Positions 30,023 through 39,288 of a stretch of 64,000 bases of DNA are shown piece by piece. The stretch is taken from positions 32,001-96,000 of the forward strand of contig CAXXWQ010000003.1 of the NCBI GenBank assembly GCA_963674945.2, in the 5' to 3' direction. Under the pieces are notes generated by a model. The model made no database searches and was not told where the DNA came from. It saw only the letters and a program-made list of their open reading frames with translations. The DNA is from an uncultured Desulfosarcina sp. Lineage in GTDB: Bacteria; Desulfobacterota; Desulfobacteria; Desulfobacterales; Desulfosarcinaceae. Made by a program: the position numbers and the translations under genes. Positions within the stretch are counted from its first letter, which is position 1. Each line of letters begins with the position of its first letter.

Positions 30023-30058
30023 ATCACTGATCACCACTCACTGATCACCGATCACTGG
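30023..30058 (+). repeat. Heptamer tandem repeat x5
   Basis: ATCACTG ATCACCA CTCACTG ATCACCG ATCACTG G. Confidence 0.75.
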
Positions 30059-30066
30059 TTTTCCGT

Positions 30067-32127
30067 TTAATTCGCCACCCACCGTGGCTTCGGGCGACCG
30101 TCAAATGAGACGTCCTTTGAACCTTCATCCTCTGATCGACCTTTTCCTGCCTTACTTTCTCGCCGACAATCCAGGCTCTTTCGAAGCGAACCAGGGGCCG
30201 CTTTATCGCATCGATATCCGGGGACCAACTCGTAAAACAAAGCCAAAAGCGCCTTCTCGTTGCGCTCATGCACAAATCGTTCGATATGATGGACCGTATC
30301 CTGGATTTTTCCATGATTCATGTCGTCTGATTTTGCCGCTTTGATCCGTGGGTGGGTCGTTTGTGTCAATTCTTCTCCGGTATTAAACAACTCTTCGTAC
30401 ATTTTCTCACCGGGACGCAATCCTGTGTATTGAATGTCGACGTCCTCGCGAGGTCTTTTGCCGGAGAGCGTAATCAACTTCTCTGCAAGCTTTGCGATCT
30501 TTACCGGTCGGCCCATGTCCAGTACGAATATTTCCCCACCATTGCCCAAACAGCCGGTTTGCAGCACCAGTTGCACGGCTTCCGGAATGGTCATGAAAAA
30601 ACGCTCGATATCCGGATGGGTTACGGTTACCGGTCCTCCTTGCAGGATCTGCTTCTTGAATATCGGGATTACGCTGCCGGCACTGCCGAGTACGTTACCG
30701 AAACGAACGGTCATGAACTGTGTCGCGGCGTTTTGATTAAATGCCTGTACCACCATCTCGGCGATTCGCTTGGTCACTCCCATTACATTGGTGGGATTGA
30801 CGGCCTTGTCCGTCGAGATCATCACGAATCGCTGGACCTTTGCCGCAGCCGCCGCCCGGACCAAATGATACGTACCCAAAATATTGTTGTAGGCGGATTC
30901 AATGGGAGCGGCTTCCATCAACGGAACGTGTTTGTATGCGGCGGCATGGAAAATAATATCGACACCCTGCTGCTCGATCAAATGTCGGATGCCAGGCCCG
31001 TCGTTGATGGTCGAAATGACCGAATGCAATTTCAACGCTGGATAATTTCTGGCCAGTTCCAGTTGAAGATCGTACAGGCTGTTTTCCGAACGCTCCACCA
31101 CTACAAGTTTACCTGGTGCGTATCCGGCGATTTGGCGGCACAGCTCGGAGCCGATGGACCCGCCACCACCGGTGACCAAGACCACTTTGCCCTCTAAGAA
31201 AAAACGAATCTCGTTCATGTCGATGGTAACCGGTGGCCGCTCCAACAGATCTTCGATGCCGACTTCACGAATCTCACTGATACTCACCTTTCCCGATAAT
31301 ATATCCGTGACATGGGGAACGGTTTTGAATGGAATCTGAAGGGGGGTGAGCTCCTCCACCACCTGATCCACGGCTTTTCTGGCGGCCTCGGGCCAGCAGA
31401 AAACGATTGCCTTGGCCCCGCGAAGGCGTTTGGGTTTGTCCACCACCTGTTTGATGCTGTAAAGCGGCACGTCACTGATACGGGTGGCTACGTTGTAATT
31501 CAATTCCGGGTCCAAAATGGCGATGGGGTAATAGAGGCTGTCGGAATCGCTGATAAACTCCTTGAGAAGCGGTTGTACTTTGTTCAAAGGACCCACCAGG
31601 GCGATATGTTTGATGGTGTCCAATGGACGGGTCTGGATCAGATTCTCCCTGATGTTGCGGACGGCAAATCGAACGCCGCCGACCAGTACGGTGCACAAGA
31701 TCAATTCCAAAAAATAGTGACGGTCGCTGATGCAACCCCGTCCCCAGATCATGCCGAAACCATAGAATATCAGTGAGCTGATCGTCGTGGCACGGATAAT
31801 ATTGACCAGGTCCTCGAAACTTACATATCGCCAGTGGCCTTGGAATAGATCGTAAAATTCGTAAACCATCAGACGGATTCCGACCATGACCATCAATGGC
31901 ACAACCAGCACATCGTACAAACTCCAAAGTGCCTCCCAGCCTTCACAAAATATGAATGCGCCATAAAAACTCAGAGAAAAAAGAACGATATGAAAGGGAA
32001 GGATAAATATCATTCGGTAGGGCAAAAGAGCATGAATCGCCTTTTGTACTGCAGGATGATGGATTTTCCGATAAATACGGTTGTAAAGCCAGACGATGGG
32101 GTCCATGAAAATTTTTTTCTCCGGCAA
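30067..32127 (-). CDS. Membrane-bound UDP-GlcNAc 4,6-dehydratase (PglF/CapD/WbpM family)
   Basis: N-terminal TMs. TGGGGSIGSE, HAAAYKHVP, ISTDKAV, RFGNVLGS and GLRPGEK motifs. Confidence 0.93.
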   Translation of the reverse strand: MPEKKIFMDPIVWLYNRIYRKIHHPAVQKAIHALLPYRMIFILPFHIVLFSLSFYGAFIFCEGWEALWSLYDVLVVPLMVMVGIRLMVYEFYDLFQGHWRYVSFEDLVNIIRATTISSLIFYGFGMIWGRGCISDRHYFLELILCTVLVGGVRFAVRNIRENLIQTRPLDTIKHIALVGPLNKVQPLLKEFISDSDSLYYPIAILDPELNYNVATRISDVPLYSIKQVVDKPKRLRGAKAIVFCWPEAARKAVDQVVEELTPLQIPFKTVPHVTDILSGKVSISEIREVGIEDLLERPPVTIDMNEIRFFLEGKVVLVTGGGGSIGSELCRQIAGYAPGKLVVVERSENSLYDLQLELARNYPALKLHSVISTINDGPGIRHLIEQQGVDIIFHAAAYKHVPLMEAAPIESAYNNILGTYHLVRAAAAAKVQRFVMISTDKAVNPTNVMGVTKRIAEMVVQAFNQNAATQFMTVRFGNVLGSAGSVIPIFKKQILQGGPVTVTHPDIERFFMTIPEAVQLVLQTGCLGNGGEIFVLDMGRPVKIAKLAEKLITLSGKRPREDVDIQYTGLRPGEKMYEELFNTGEELTQTTHPRIKAAKSDDMNHGKIQDTVHHIERFVHERNEKALLALFYELVPGYRCDKAAPGSLRKSLDCRRESKAGKGRSEDEGSKDVSFDGRPKPRWVAN

Positions 32128-32175
32128 TCAATTACCCGAAGGAATGTGACAGCAACGAACTATCCATTGCATCGA

Positions 32176-33753
32176 TCAGGAAGGAAAATAGGATTCCAAT
32201 TCCTGGCTGGTAAAAACCACGAAATCGTCCAGAACGGCTCTGGCCTCTTCGACCGTCTCTTCTGGCGCGATGGACCGAACCAGGCGAACCAACGCCCCAT
32301 CGGTCCGCCGCCGGAAGATTCCATCCCAGACCATGTAAAATTTGGCCATGTACTCGCTGGTGAAATTCCGACCTCTCCCCTGGTACCAGTAATAGACCAG
32401 TTGGCGCTGATTCCCTTTGGAAATCACCAATTCATTCAATGCTATCTTTCCACCATAGATGGGTTTTCCTTTGTCGATGGCCACCTCTCTGACATGGCTT
32501 TTCTCAATGAACCAGCCTGCGCCTGGAAGACAAAGCTTGGGAGAATGGACGAAGTCTCCGGCTTTTCTCTGGTATTCGTAGTAGGCGGTGTAAAAATTGA
32601 CCGGTATGTCACCCGATTTCGCATAGTTCACCTGCACATAATCCTGACCGCCGACCCGCTCCCAGATCGTCGTTTCCATCTCGGCGGTTTTTCCCGTATA
32701 TCCGTTGCATTGAAGCGGAAACGCATCCAGCTTCTTTTTTAGGGGTTTGGGCGGCACACTGCCAAGGTGAGCCACGACCACCGGGGTTATAAAGATCAGC
32801 GATAGTGCCACCAGGATCGCCTGCCACTGAAATTGCCGCCTGCCGGTTGATATAGTCGGCGAAACGGCATCAGCGCGCGGATCCCTCGAGAGGGCACTTC
32901 CTTTGCCTGGCAGGTAGCCAAGTCCCAGGTTCAACAGGGCGTAAAAACCAAAACAGATCATGAACACGACCCAACCGGAGAAATCATGAAAAAAACCTTG
33001 GGCGGCTTCTACACCCCAGTACATGGAGACAATACCGGTGCCGGCGATGCGGATGATGTTTGACGCGATGGCGATGGGAATGGAGGCGAGGATGAGAACG
33101 ATGCGCTTCCACCACGTTTTATCTTTGCTCCACCAAAAGGCGAACAATACACCCAAGGTAAACAGAGGAAGAATAAACCGAAGGCCGTTGCACGCCTCCA
33201 CTACCTGAAACTGGGAAAATCCCATATCGATCACGTTGCCTTCCCGATAGGCGGTGATTCCCAGCAGATGAAGGATTTTAACGGAACATGCCGAGGAGAG
33301 CAATTGGAGGGGAAAGGTGATATTGCGATAGATAAACCCTGGCAGTGGCAACATTAAAAACAAAAAGAGAAGTGGAAATCGGATTGCCTTGACAAGATCG
33401 TAACCGTAAAGCAACCAAATCGTGGAAATGAGCATCACAATCAGGGAAACCCGTGTCGTAAATAGCTCGGCCCCCAACTCGCCGACGATAAATAGTAAAA
33501 TTGCCGCCATCAGCACCGGAATGGCACGCCAGTCGGTACCCATAGGCATATCCGCCAATTGGTTGCGTTTTTCCCAGATCAGATAGAGGGAGATGGGGAC
33601 TACCAATAATCCATGGGAGAAGTCGTCGTTGTTCATCCACTGTCGCACCAATGTATGGATCGTATCCCAATAGGAAAAAACGATTGCCACAATGACAACG
33701 GCCAAGGGCACATACCAATGTTTACGATTCAACTTTACCATTAAAGCACTCAC
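32176..33753 (-). CDS. Exosortase fused to an EpsI domain (exosortase D-like)
   Basis: HGLLV, catalytic Cys (EACNGLR), Arg (NIIRI) and His (FHDFSG). The EpsI region contains HSPKLCLPGAGW, YYWY and DGALVRL. Confidence 0.92.
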   Translation of the reverse strand: MSALMVKLNRKHWYVPLAVVIVAIVFSYWDTIHTLVRQWMNNDDFSHGLLVVPISLYLIWEKRNQLADMPMGTDWRAIPVLMAAILLFIVGELGAELFTTRVSLIVMLISTIWLLYGYDLVKAIRFPLLFLFLMLPLPGFIYRNITFPLQLLSSACSVKILHLLGITAYREGNVIDMGFSQFQVVEACNGLRFILPLFTLGVLFAFWWSKDKTWWKRIVLILASIPIAIASNIIRIAGTGIVSMYWGVEAAQGFFHDFSGWVVFMICFGFYALLNLGLGYLPGKGSALSRDPRADAVSPTISTGRRQFQWQAILVALSLIFITPVVVAHLGSVPPKPLKKKLDAFPLQCNGYTGKTAEMETTIWERVGGQDYVQVNYAKSGDIPVNFYTAYYEYQRKAGDFVHSPKLCLPGAGWFIEKSHVREVAIDKGKPIYGGKIALNELVISKGNQRQLVYYWYQGRGRNFTSEYMAKFYMVWDGIFRRRTDGALVRLVRSIAPEETVEEARAVLDDFVVFTSQELESYFPS

Positions 33754-33767
33754 CTTCGATATTCATT

Positions 33768-35042
33768 TCATGAAGCGATTGCGTTTCTAAGATTCGGAGT
33801 GACGGATGCCCGGCAACAACTTCTGATGACGGAGACAATGCGGCGTAGATCATCGATTCCCATTGCGGTGCCCGACGGCAGGCATAAACCCTGATAAAAA
33901 AGATCTTCACTGACGGCTCCGCCAACCACACGGCATTCACATTGTCCCGAAAGGGGTATTTCCATTTCATCCACACCGACGACCGCCTTTTTCTGTTCGA
34001 TCCGATTTTTCTTCTCATCCTGATTTCCATCTCGGCCGATCACATGGAATACCGGCTGCAAATGCATGGGCTTCCACACCGGCCGGGATTCGATATTTTC
34101 CTCTTCCAACGCCATGCGGATATATTCCCGATCGACGCCGAATTGCTCCGGATCAATGGTGATGACCGTCAGCCAACGGTTGGATCGACCGTATGGCGCC
34201 TCTGGCATAAACGCGATGCCGGGCAAACCGGAAAGCTGCTGACGATAATATTCGAATATCTCACGTCGTCGTCTCACCCGACTGCGCAAGGTTTTCAGTT
34301 GTGCGACGCCGATAGCCGCCACGATGTTGCTCATGCGGTAATTGTACCCGATGGTCGAATGCTCATAGTGGGGCGCAGCATCCCTGGCTTGTTGAGACAA
34401 GAACCGGGCTTGCTCGATGAACGCCGCATCGTCCGAGGCCAGCATCCCGCCGCCCGAGGTGGTGATGATCTTGTTACCGTTGAAGGAATAGATAGCTGCC
34501 TTTGCCCCCACGCCTGAACTGCTGCCATTGTAAGTAGCACCCAGGGACTCGGCAGCATCCACCACGACCGGAACATCGTATTTTTCGCACACGGCGTAGA
34601 TGCGTTCATAATCGGCACATTGGCCGTAGAGGTCGGTGGGCACCACAGCCTTCGGCAGTTTCCCCCTGCGAGTGCGTCGCGCAAGTTCCGCTTCCAACAG
34701 CACCGGATCCATGTTCCAGGTGGCTGGATCGGCATCGATCAACACGGGCGTGGCTGCCTGGAAAAGGATGGGCGTAACGCTGCCGATAAAGGTCAGGGTC
34801 GAGGCAAACACCTCATCACCAGGCCCCACGCCCAAATTGCGTAGGGCCAGATGCATGGCTGCCGTTCCGGAGGACACGGCCACCACGTGAGGAATCCCGA
34901 CCGTATCGGCGAATGCTTTCTCGAAGGCATCCACCATGGGTCCCAAAGGGGCGATGTAGTTGCTCTCGAAGGCGGCCTTTACATACTCCAGCTCGGCTCC
35001 GCCCATATGAGGCGGGGACAGGAAAATGCGTTTACTATTCAT
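33768..35042 (-). CDS. DegT/DnrJ/PglE-family sugar aminotransferase
   Basis: LSPPHM, SSGTAAMHLAL, DAAESLG, SFNGNKIITTSGGG and GLCLPSG motifs. Confidence 0.95.
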   Translation of the reverse strand: MNSKRIFLSPPHMGGAELEYVKAAFESNYIAPLGPMVDAFEKAFADTVGIPHVVAVSSGTAAMHLALRNLGVGPGDEVFASTLTFIGSVTPILFQAATPVLIDADPATWNMDPVLLEAELARRTRRGKLPKAVVPTDLYGQCADYERIYAVCEKYDVPVVVDAAESLGATYNGSSSGVGAKAAIYSFNGNKIITTSGGGMLASDDAAFIEQARFLSQQARDAAPHYEHSTIGYNYRMSNIVAAIGVAQLKTLRSRVRRRREIFEYYRQQLSGLPGIAFMPEAPYGRSNRWLTVITIDPEQFGVDREYIRMALEEENIESRPVWKPMHLQPVFHVIGRDGNQDEKKNRIEQKKAVVGVDEMEIPLSGQCECRVVGGAVSEDLFYQGLCLPSGTAMGIDDLRRIVSVIRSCCRASVTPNLRNAIAS

Positions 35043-35224
35043 AATTAGTTTGTGGATTGATTCTGGCTAAAAAGGTGGGCCAACCTCGTCAACTTTAGCT
35101 TAGCTGTTTTTATTTGCTAAGCAAACATAGAGGACGGATAATGAAACGGGTTGCTGGCCGGTAAAATTGCAGTTCCCGATGATATCATGGATGAAGATAT
35201 TGTGATAAATTCGATGTTCTATCT

Positions 35225-35297
35225 CCCACTGATTACTCATCACCGATTACCGATCACTGGATTTTATCCCTTAGCGCCTTCGCGTCTTTGCGTGAGA
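35225..35297 (+). repeat. Heptamer array plus 24-nt box upstream of vapBC-1
   Basis: CCCACTG ATTACTC ATCACCG ATTACCG ATCACTGG, then GCGCCTTCGCGTCTTTGCGTGAGA at 35274-35297. Confidence 0.75.
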
Positions 35298-35433
35298 CCT
35301 GTTTCCTTAATCGTCCCAGCGAAGTGTTCGTCCGTCTTTCCCCCTCCCCTCTCTACCACCCACAAAACCTTGACAGACTCAGGAAAAGGTAATATTTGAT
35401 AAACAAATACAACAAATATATTTAGGGGGAGAT

Positions 35434-35658
35434 ATGGCGCAATTACACTGTTATGTACCTGATGAAATAGCGGATCGGTTTAAACAAAAAGCAAAGAAAG
35501 CCAATCTTTCTACTTCAAAGTACCTGGCATTGCTTATAAAAAAAGAAACCGCCGGTGATTGGCCGGATGATTTTTTTGATCTGGCCGGATCATGGCAGGG
35601 GGAACCCATCGCCCGTCCCCGACAATTGAATCTCGAAAAACGAATGGGTATTAAATAG
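35434..35658 (+). CDS. RHH/CopG-type antitoxin (VapB-like)
   Basis: MAQLHCYVPDEIA...A....LS.SKYL, plus WP..FF.L.GSW. Directly upstream of a PIN gene. Confidence 0.85.
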   Translation: MAQLHCYVPDEIADRFKQKAKKANLSTSKYLALLIKKETAGDWPDDFFDLAGSWQGEPIARPRQLNLEKRMGIK

Positions 35659-35659
35659 A

Positions 35660-36061
35660 ATGCACCTTCTGGATACCAATGTTTGCATCCACTTTCTCAA
35701 TGGATCTTCACAATCCGTTATACAGCATTTTCGGTCTCGTTCCCCATCTGAGATTGCCGTTTGCAGCATTGTAAAAGCAGAACTGCTTTTCGGTGCCAGG
35801 AACAGCCAGCGGGTGGATGCCAACCTTCAAATTCTTAAACAGTTTTTTTCCCCTCTGCAGAGCCTTCCTTTCGATGACCGTTGTGCGGATGAATATGGAC
35901 TTATTCGGGCCGATCTGACCGCCCAAGGCAAATTAATCGGCCCCAACGACATGCTCATCGCCGCAGTTGCCCGGGCATTTGATGCAGTGCTGGTGACTCA
36001 CAATACTGCAGAGTTTGGCAGAATATCCGGTCTAAGACTTGATGACTGGGAGACGAGTTGA
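35660..36061 (+). CDS. vapC: PIN-domain toxin VapC
   Basis: LLDTNVCI, AEL..GA, IGPNDMLIAA and VTHNTAEF motifs. Confidence 0.95.
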   Translation: MHLLDTNVCIHFLNGSSQSVIQHFRSRSPSEIAVCSIVKAELLFGARNSQRVDANLQILKQFFSPLQSLPFDDRCADEYGLIRADLTAQGKLIGPNDMLIAAVARAFDAVLVTHNTAEFGRISGLRLDDWETS

Positions 36062-36069
36062 TCCACAGA

Positions 36070-36732
36070 TCAGTGATATTGAACATCGAAAAGTAAGTGT
36101 TCCCGCAGCCACCCGGACCAACCGGATGACCGTACCTCCGCCCTCGCTACAGATACCCCGGAAGAGTACAACCCGCATTCGACGAGGCTTCCCCACAATT
36201 GCACCATCTCATTGTAGGCCATTTTCATGCTATCGATTCTATCCCTCCCGTGTCGGGGGAATGAGTATCGCGTTTCCACCTTGTGAATACCGATTCGGCA
36301 TCCTGCAAGAAGGGTCGTCATTTTCAGCAAAAGATAAGAGCGGGCCATGTGATAGTCGGACGTGACCAATAAAACGGATTTGAGTTCATGTGAATCGATC
36401 AATCTCGCCGTGAAAAGCGCGTTCATGAATGTGGTATCCGCTTTCTCCTCCAGAATATATTCTGCGTTTCCAGGCTGCCCATATCGACGTGAGTAATATC
36501 TTAGCTGTCGAGGCGTCGCCGGGCTGACGATCAGCTTGGGAGCGGCGCCTTGTTGGGCAAGTTGATAGCCACGTTTGATACGGCCGCTGCTGCCTGCGAA
36601 AACCACGATGGCGTCGTGATCCCCATAATTCACTGGCTGAGAGTAGATCCAAAGGAAAAACAGCAGTTGGAACACAACAGATGCAATGATTAAAAAAACG
36701 GCTCCAAATAAAACCTTTGAAAATAACCGCAA
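36070..36732 (-). CDS. YdcF/DUF218-family protein (start uncertain)
   Basis: N-terminal TM. DAIVVFAG, E..A.TT..NA and LVTSDYHMARS motifs. Confidence 0.85.
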   Translation of the reverse strand: MRLFSKVLFGAVFLIIASVVFQLLFFLWIYSQPVNYGDHDAIVVFAGSSGRIKRGYQLAQQGAAPKLIVSPATPRQLRYYSRRYGQPGNAEYILEEKADTTFMNALFTARLIDSHELKSVLLVTSDYHMARSYLLLKMTTLLAGCRIGIHKVETRYSFPRHGRDRIDSMKMAYNEMVQLWGSLVECGLYSSGVSVARAEVRSSGWSGWLREHLLFDVQYH

Positions 36733-36742
36733 GACAGGAAAA

Positions 36743-37408
36743 CTATGCCCCGGATTTAATGATTTTTGCAGGTACACCCGCGGCCGTAACATCCGATGGA
36801 AGATCATTAATGACGACCGCGCCCGCACCAATCGTCGTATGATCTCCGATCGTACAACGATTGATCACTTTGGCGCCCGTCCCCCAAAAAGAGGCCGTTC
36901 CGATTATAACCTCTCCTGAAATATTGCACGTGGGCATGAAAGAGCAGAAATCTCCTATTTCTGTCTCATGGCCTACGGTACAGGCCAGATTGATAATAAC
37001 GAATCTTCCGATGTGAATGTTGGTGGTGATAATTGAACCGGCACAAACGATGCTGCCATGCCCGATATCCACATATTTTGGGAACCCCATGACTGCCGAT
37101 GGATGAACCAACGTCGGAAACCAAAGTTTCGAATTGTCGATTTTATTCACGATAGCCTGCTTGGTTTTGGGAATTCCCAATGCAAACGCCACTGCCAAAG
37201 GACGCGACCATGCATTGAGGTCGTTCACACCCCCTAAAACCTGCCATTCATTCACGGTTTTTCCTGCGGGGACACCATCGTCGAAGAAGCCGATCAGATT
37301 CCACTCGTGCTTATCCATATTGATTTGCTCGATCAACATGGCAACCTCGAGCCCAAACCCACCGGCACCGAATATTGCGATATCTTTCCTTGGCATGCGA
37401 ATTATCAA
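36743..37408 (-). CDS. PglD/NeuD-family sugar acetyltransferase
   Basis: IFGAGGFG, GFFDD, hexapeptide repeats, VGHE and GVPAK. Confidence 0.92.
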   Translation of the reverse strand: MIIRMPRKDIAIFGAGGFGLEVAMLIEQINMDKHEWNLIGFFDDGVPAGKTVNEWQVLGGVNDLNAWSRPLAVAFALGIPKTKQAIVNKIDNSKLWFPTLVHPSAVMGFPKYVDIGHGSIVCAGSIITTNIHIGRFVIINLACTVGHETEIGDFCSFMPTCNISGEVIIGTASFWGTGAKVINRCTIGDHTTIGAGAVVINDLPSDVTAAGVPAKIIKSGA

Positions 37409-37440
37409 TCCTTTGTCCGCCCTAGCTGATGTCGATATTA

Positions 37441-37588
37441 CCCTTTGCGCCTTCGTGTCTTTGCGTGAGATCCTTATTTCATCCGCAGTTTACACAGATT
37501 TACACAGATCTTTCAGGGCTACGCTCTCATGCCTCTTCTCTCCCTGCTCACTGCTCTCCCGCTCTTATCACCGATCACTGCACACTGG
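37441..37588 (+). repeat. Composite repeat: 24-nt box, 9-mer array and heptamer array upstream of vapBC-2
   Basis: GCGCCTTCGTGTCTTTGCGTGAGA at 37447-37470, ATCCGCAGTTTACACAGATTTACACAGAT at 37481-37509, and ATCACCG ATCACTG CACACTGG at 37567-37588. Confidence 0.75.
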
Positions 37589-37668
37589 ATTTTGCTCAAA
37601 CTTCCGTAAACATTTAGAATTAAAGCCTAAATGGCAAAAGCCCTTTTCAGTAGCTACGTCAAAAAAGT

Positions 37669-37705
37669 TTGACAATAATACCATTTCGTTTTACGTTTTG
37701 TAAAA
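37669..37705 (+). promoter_or_regulatory. vapBC-2 promoter with a palindromic operator
   Basis: TTGACA-N17-TACGTT, overlapped by TTTTAC-N5-GTAAAA (37689-37705). Confidence 0.6.
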
Positions 37706-37733
37706 AGGTCCAACAAAAAAGGAATTGCAGACC

Positions 37734-37964
37734 ATGGAAACATTAAAAGTGTCAGCAAAAGGGCAGGTCGTTTTGCCAGCACGTATTCGAAAAAAGTACG
37801 GGATACACCCTGGCGGAAGCATTCAGATGTTCGAATACGACAACCTGATTTATCTTGTTCCCCCTCCCGAGGATCCAGTAAAGGCAGCAAAGGGCTGCTT
37901 ACCTTCAAAGCCGTCCTTGTCGAAACAGCTTCTCGAAGAGAGGCAGCGGGATTCCAGGAAATGA
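37734..37964 (+). CDS. AbrB/MazE/SpoVT-family antitoxin
   Basis: KVSAKGQVVLPARIRKKYGI.PG motif. Confidence 0.92.
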   Translation: METLKVSAKGQVVLPARIRKKYGIHPGGSIQMFEYDNLIYLVPPPEDPVKAAKGCLPSKPSLSKQLLEERQRDSRK

Positions 37965-38365
37965 GCCCACCTTATATCTTTGACAGTCACGCTCTTCTGG
38001 CCTTTTTCCAAAACGAGGACGGGGCAGATGTTGTAGGTGATATTCTGACGAAAGCCATCAAACAACATATTGAACGCTTCCTCTGCATTATCAATCTCGG
38101 CGAAATCATCTACATGACGAAAAGGCGGTTTGGTGACGCAAAAAAGATTGAGGTATTGCAGCGTATCCATACTCTTGGTTTCAGCTTGATTTCCGTTTCA
38201 GATGACCTGGTATACAACGCTGCAGAGATAAAGGCAGAATATTCGATTTCCTATGCCGATTGTTTTATGGTAGCGTGCGCGATAACACATTCAGCCACGA
38301 TTGTTACAGGAGACCCGGAATTCAAAAAAGTAACGGATATCATCGCGGTGAAATGGATACGCTGA
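37961..38365 (+). CDS. vapC: PIN-domain toxin VapC
   Basis: FDSHALLA, NLGE, SYADCF and VTGDPEF motifs. 4-nt overlap with the antitoxin. Confidence 0.92.
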   Translation: MSPPYIFDSHALLAFFQNEDGADVVGDILTKAIKQHIERFLCIINLGEIIYMTKRRFGDAKKIEVLQRIHTLGFSLISVSDDLVYNAAEIKAEYSISYADCFMVACAITHSATIVTGDPEFKKVTDIIAVKWIR

Positions 38366-38485
38366 TCCCGTGCCCAATTTCCGCTTTAATCCAGTCTTGT
38401 TCATTGAAAAACATACCAACAATAACGAGGGTATCGATAATAGTTAATGGACGAAGAATGCGTGATCGATCACCTCGCAAAAACT

Positions 38486-38520
38486 TGTGAAAATTCGAAA
38501 TCCGATGTCGAATTTTCACA
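38486..38520. repeat. 13-bp perfect inverted repeat
   Basis: TGTGAAAATTCGA-N9-TCGAATTTTCACA. Confidence 0.65.
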
Positions 38521-38540
38521 GATTCTTGCTTCCCAATGCA

Positions 38541-38686
38541 CTCCCCGCTCTCTGCTTCCCGGTCACCAGTTACTATCGCTTACTGATCACCGATCACTGG
38601 GTTATACGCTCTATCGGTTTTTGAATCTGCGCAAACCTGCGTAAACTTGTCTGGACGTAGCTTTATGCGAAGACTGATCTGCGGAT
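38541..38686. repeat. Heptamer array plus inverted 9-mer array, overlapping the 3' end of the sugar transferase gene
   Basis: ...CTTACTG ATCACCG ATCACTGG ends at 38600. 38625-38686 is an interrupted reverse-complement relative of 37481-37509. Confidence 0.65.
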
Positions 38687-39284
38687 TAAACTCCGGCATC
38701 GTCGCCTCCCCTTCCGCCGATATCCCCTCTCGTCGAAACACTTTCAAAACGGTCATTCCAATGATCTTCAGATCCAGCCAGATTGATTGATTGTCCACAT
38801 ACCAGACATCCAGTTTGAACTTCTCTTCCCAACCAATGGCATTCCTGCCGTTGATTTGCGCCCAGCCGGTAAGCCCCGGTTTCACTTCATGCCGCCTGGC
38901 CTGCTCCGGCGTATAGCGATCCAGGTACTGCGTCAACAACGGCCGGGGTCCCACAATACTCATGTCGCCTTTTATGATGTTGATCAGTTCGGGCAGTTCA
39001 TCCAGAGATGTCGATCTAAGAAACCGTCCCAAGGGTGTCAGACGGTCGGCGTCAGGCAGCAAAATTCCGTCGGCATCCCGGGCATCGATCATGGTACGGA
39101 ATTTATACAGAATAAACGGCCTTCCGCCCATCCCCGGCCGGGTCTGGGTAAAAAGGATCGGTCGGCCGACACGCATGCGGATTCCAACCGCGATGCACAG
39201 CAATAGTGGCGAAAGCGACAAAAAAGCAGTCGCCGCCAGAATCAGATCCATCAATCGTTTCATATCGAACCGTATTTTAATCAA
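38580..39284 (-). CDS. PglC-type initiating phosphoglycosyl transferase
   Basis: KRLMDL, KFRTM, TSLDELP, GDMSIVGPRP, VKPGLTGWAQ and LDVWY motifs. Confidence 0.95.
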   Translation of the reverse strand: MIKIRFDMKRLMDLILAATAFLSLSPLLLCIAVGIRMRVGRPILFTQTRPGMGGRPFILYKFRTMIDARDADGILLPDADRLTPLGRFLRSTSLDELPELINIIKGDMSIVGPRPLLTQYLDRYTPEQARRHEVKPGLTGWAQINGRNAIGWEEKFKLDVWYVDNQSIWLDLKIIGMTVLKVFRREGISAEGEATMPEFNPQISLRIKLRPDKFTQVCADSKTDRAYNPVIGDQ

Positions 39285-39288
39285 TCAC

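Noticed and set aside
26401..38686. Repeat arrays as a CRISPR array
   Set aside because: The units are 7-9 nt tandem repeats or isolated boxes without regular unique spacers, and there are no cas genes in the window.
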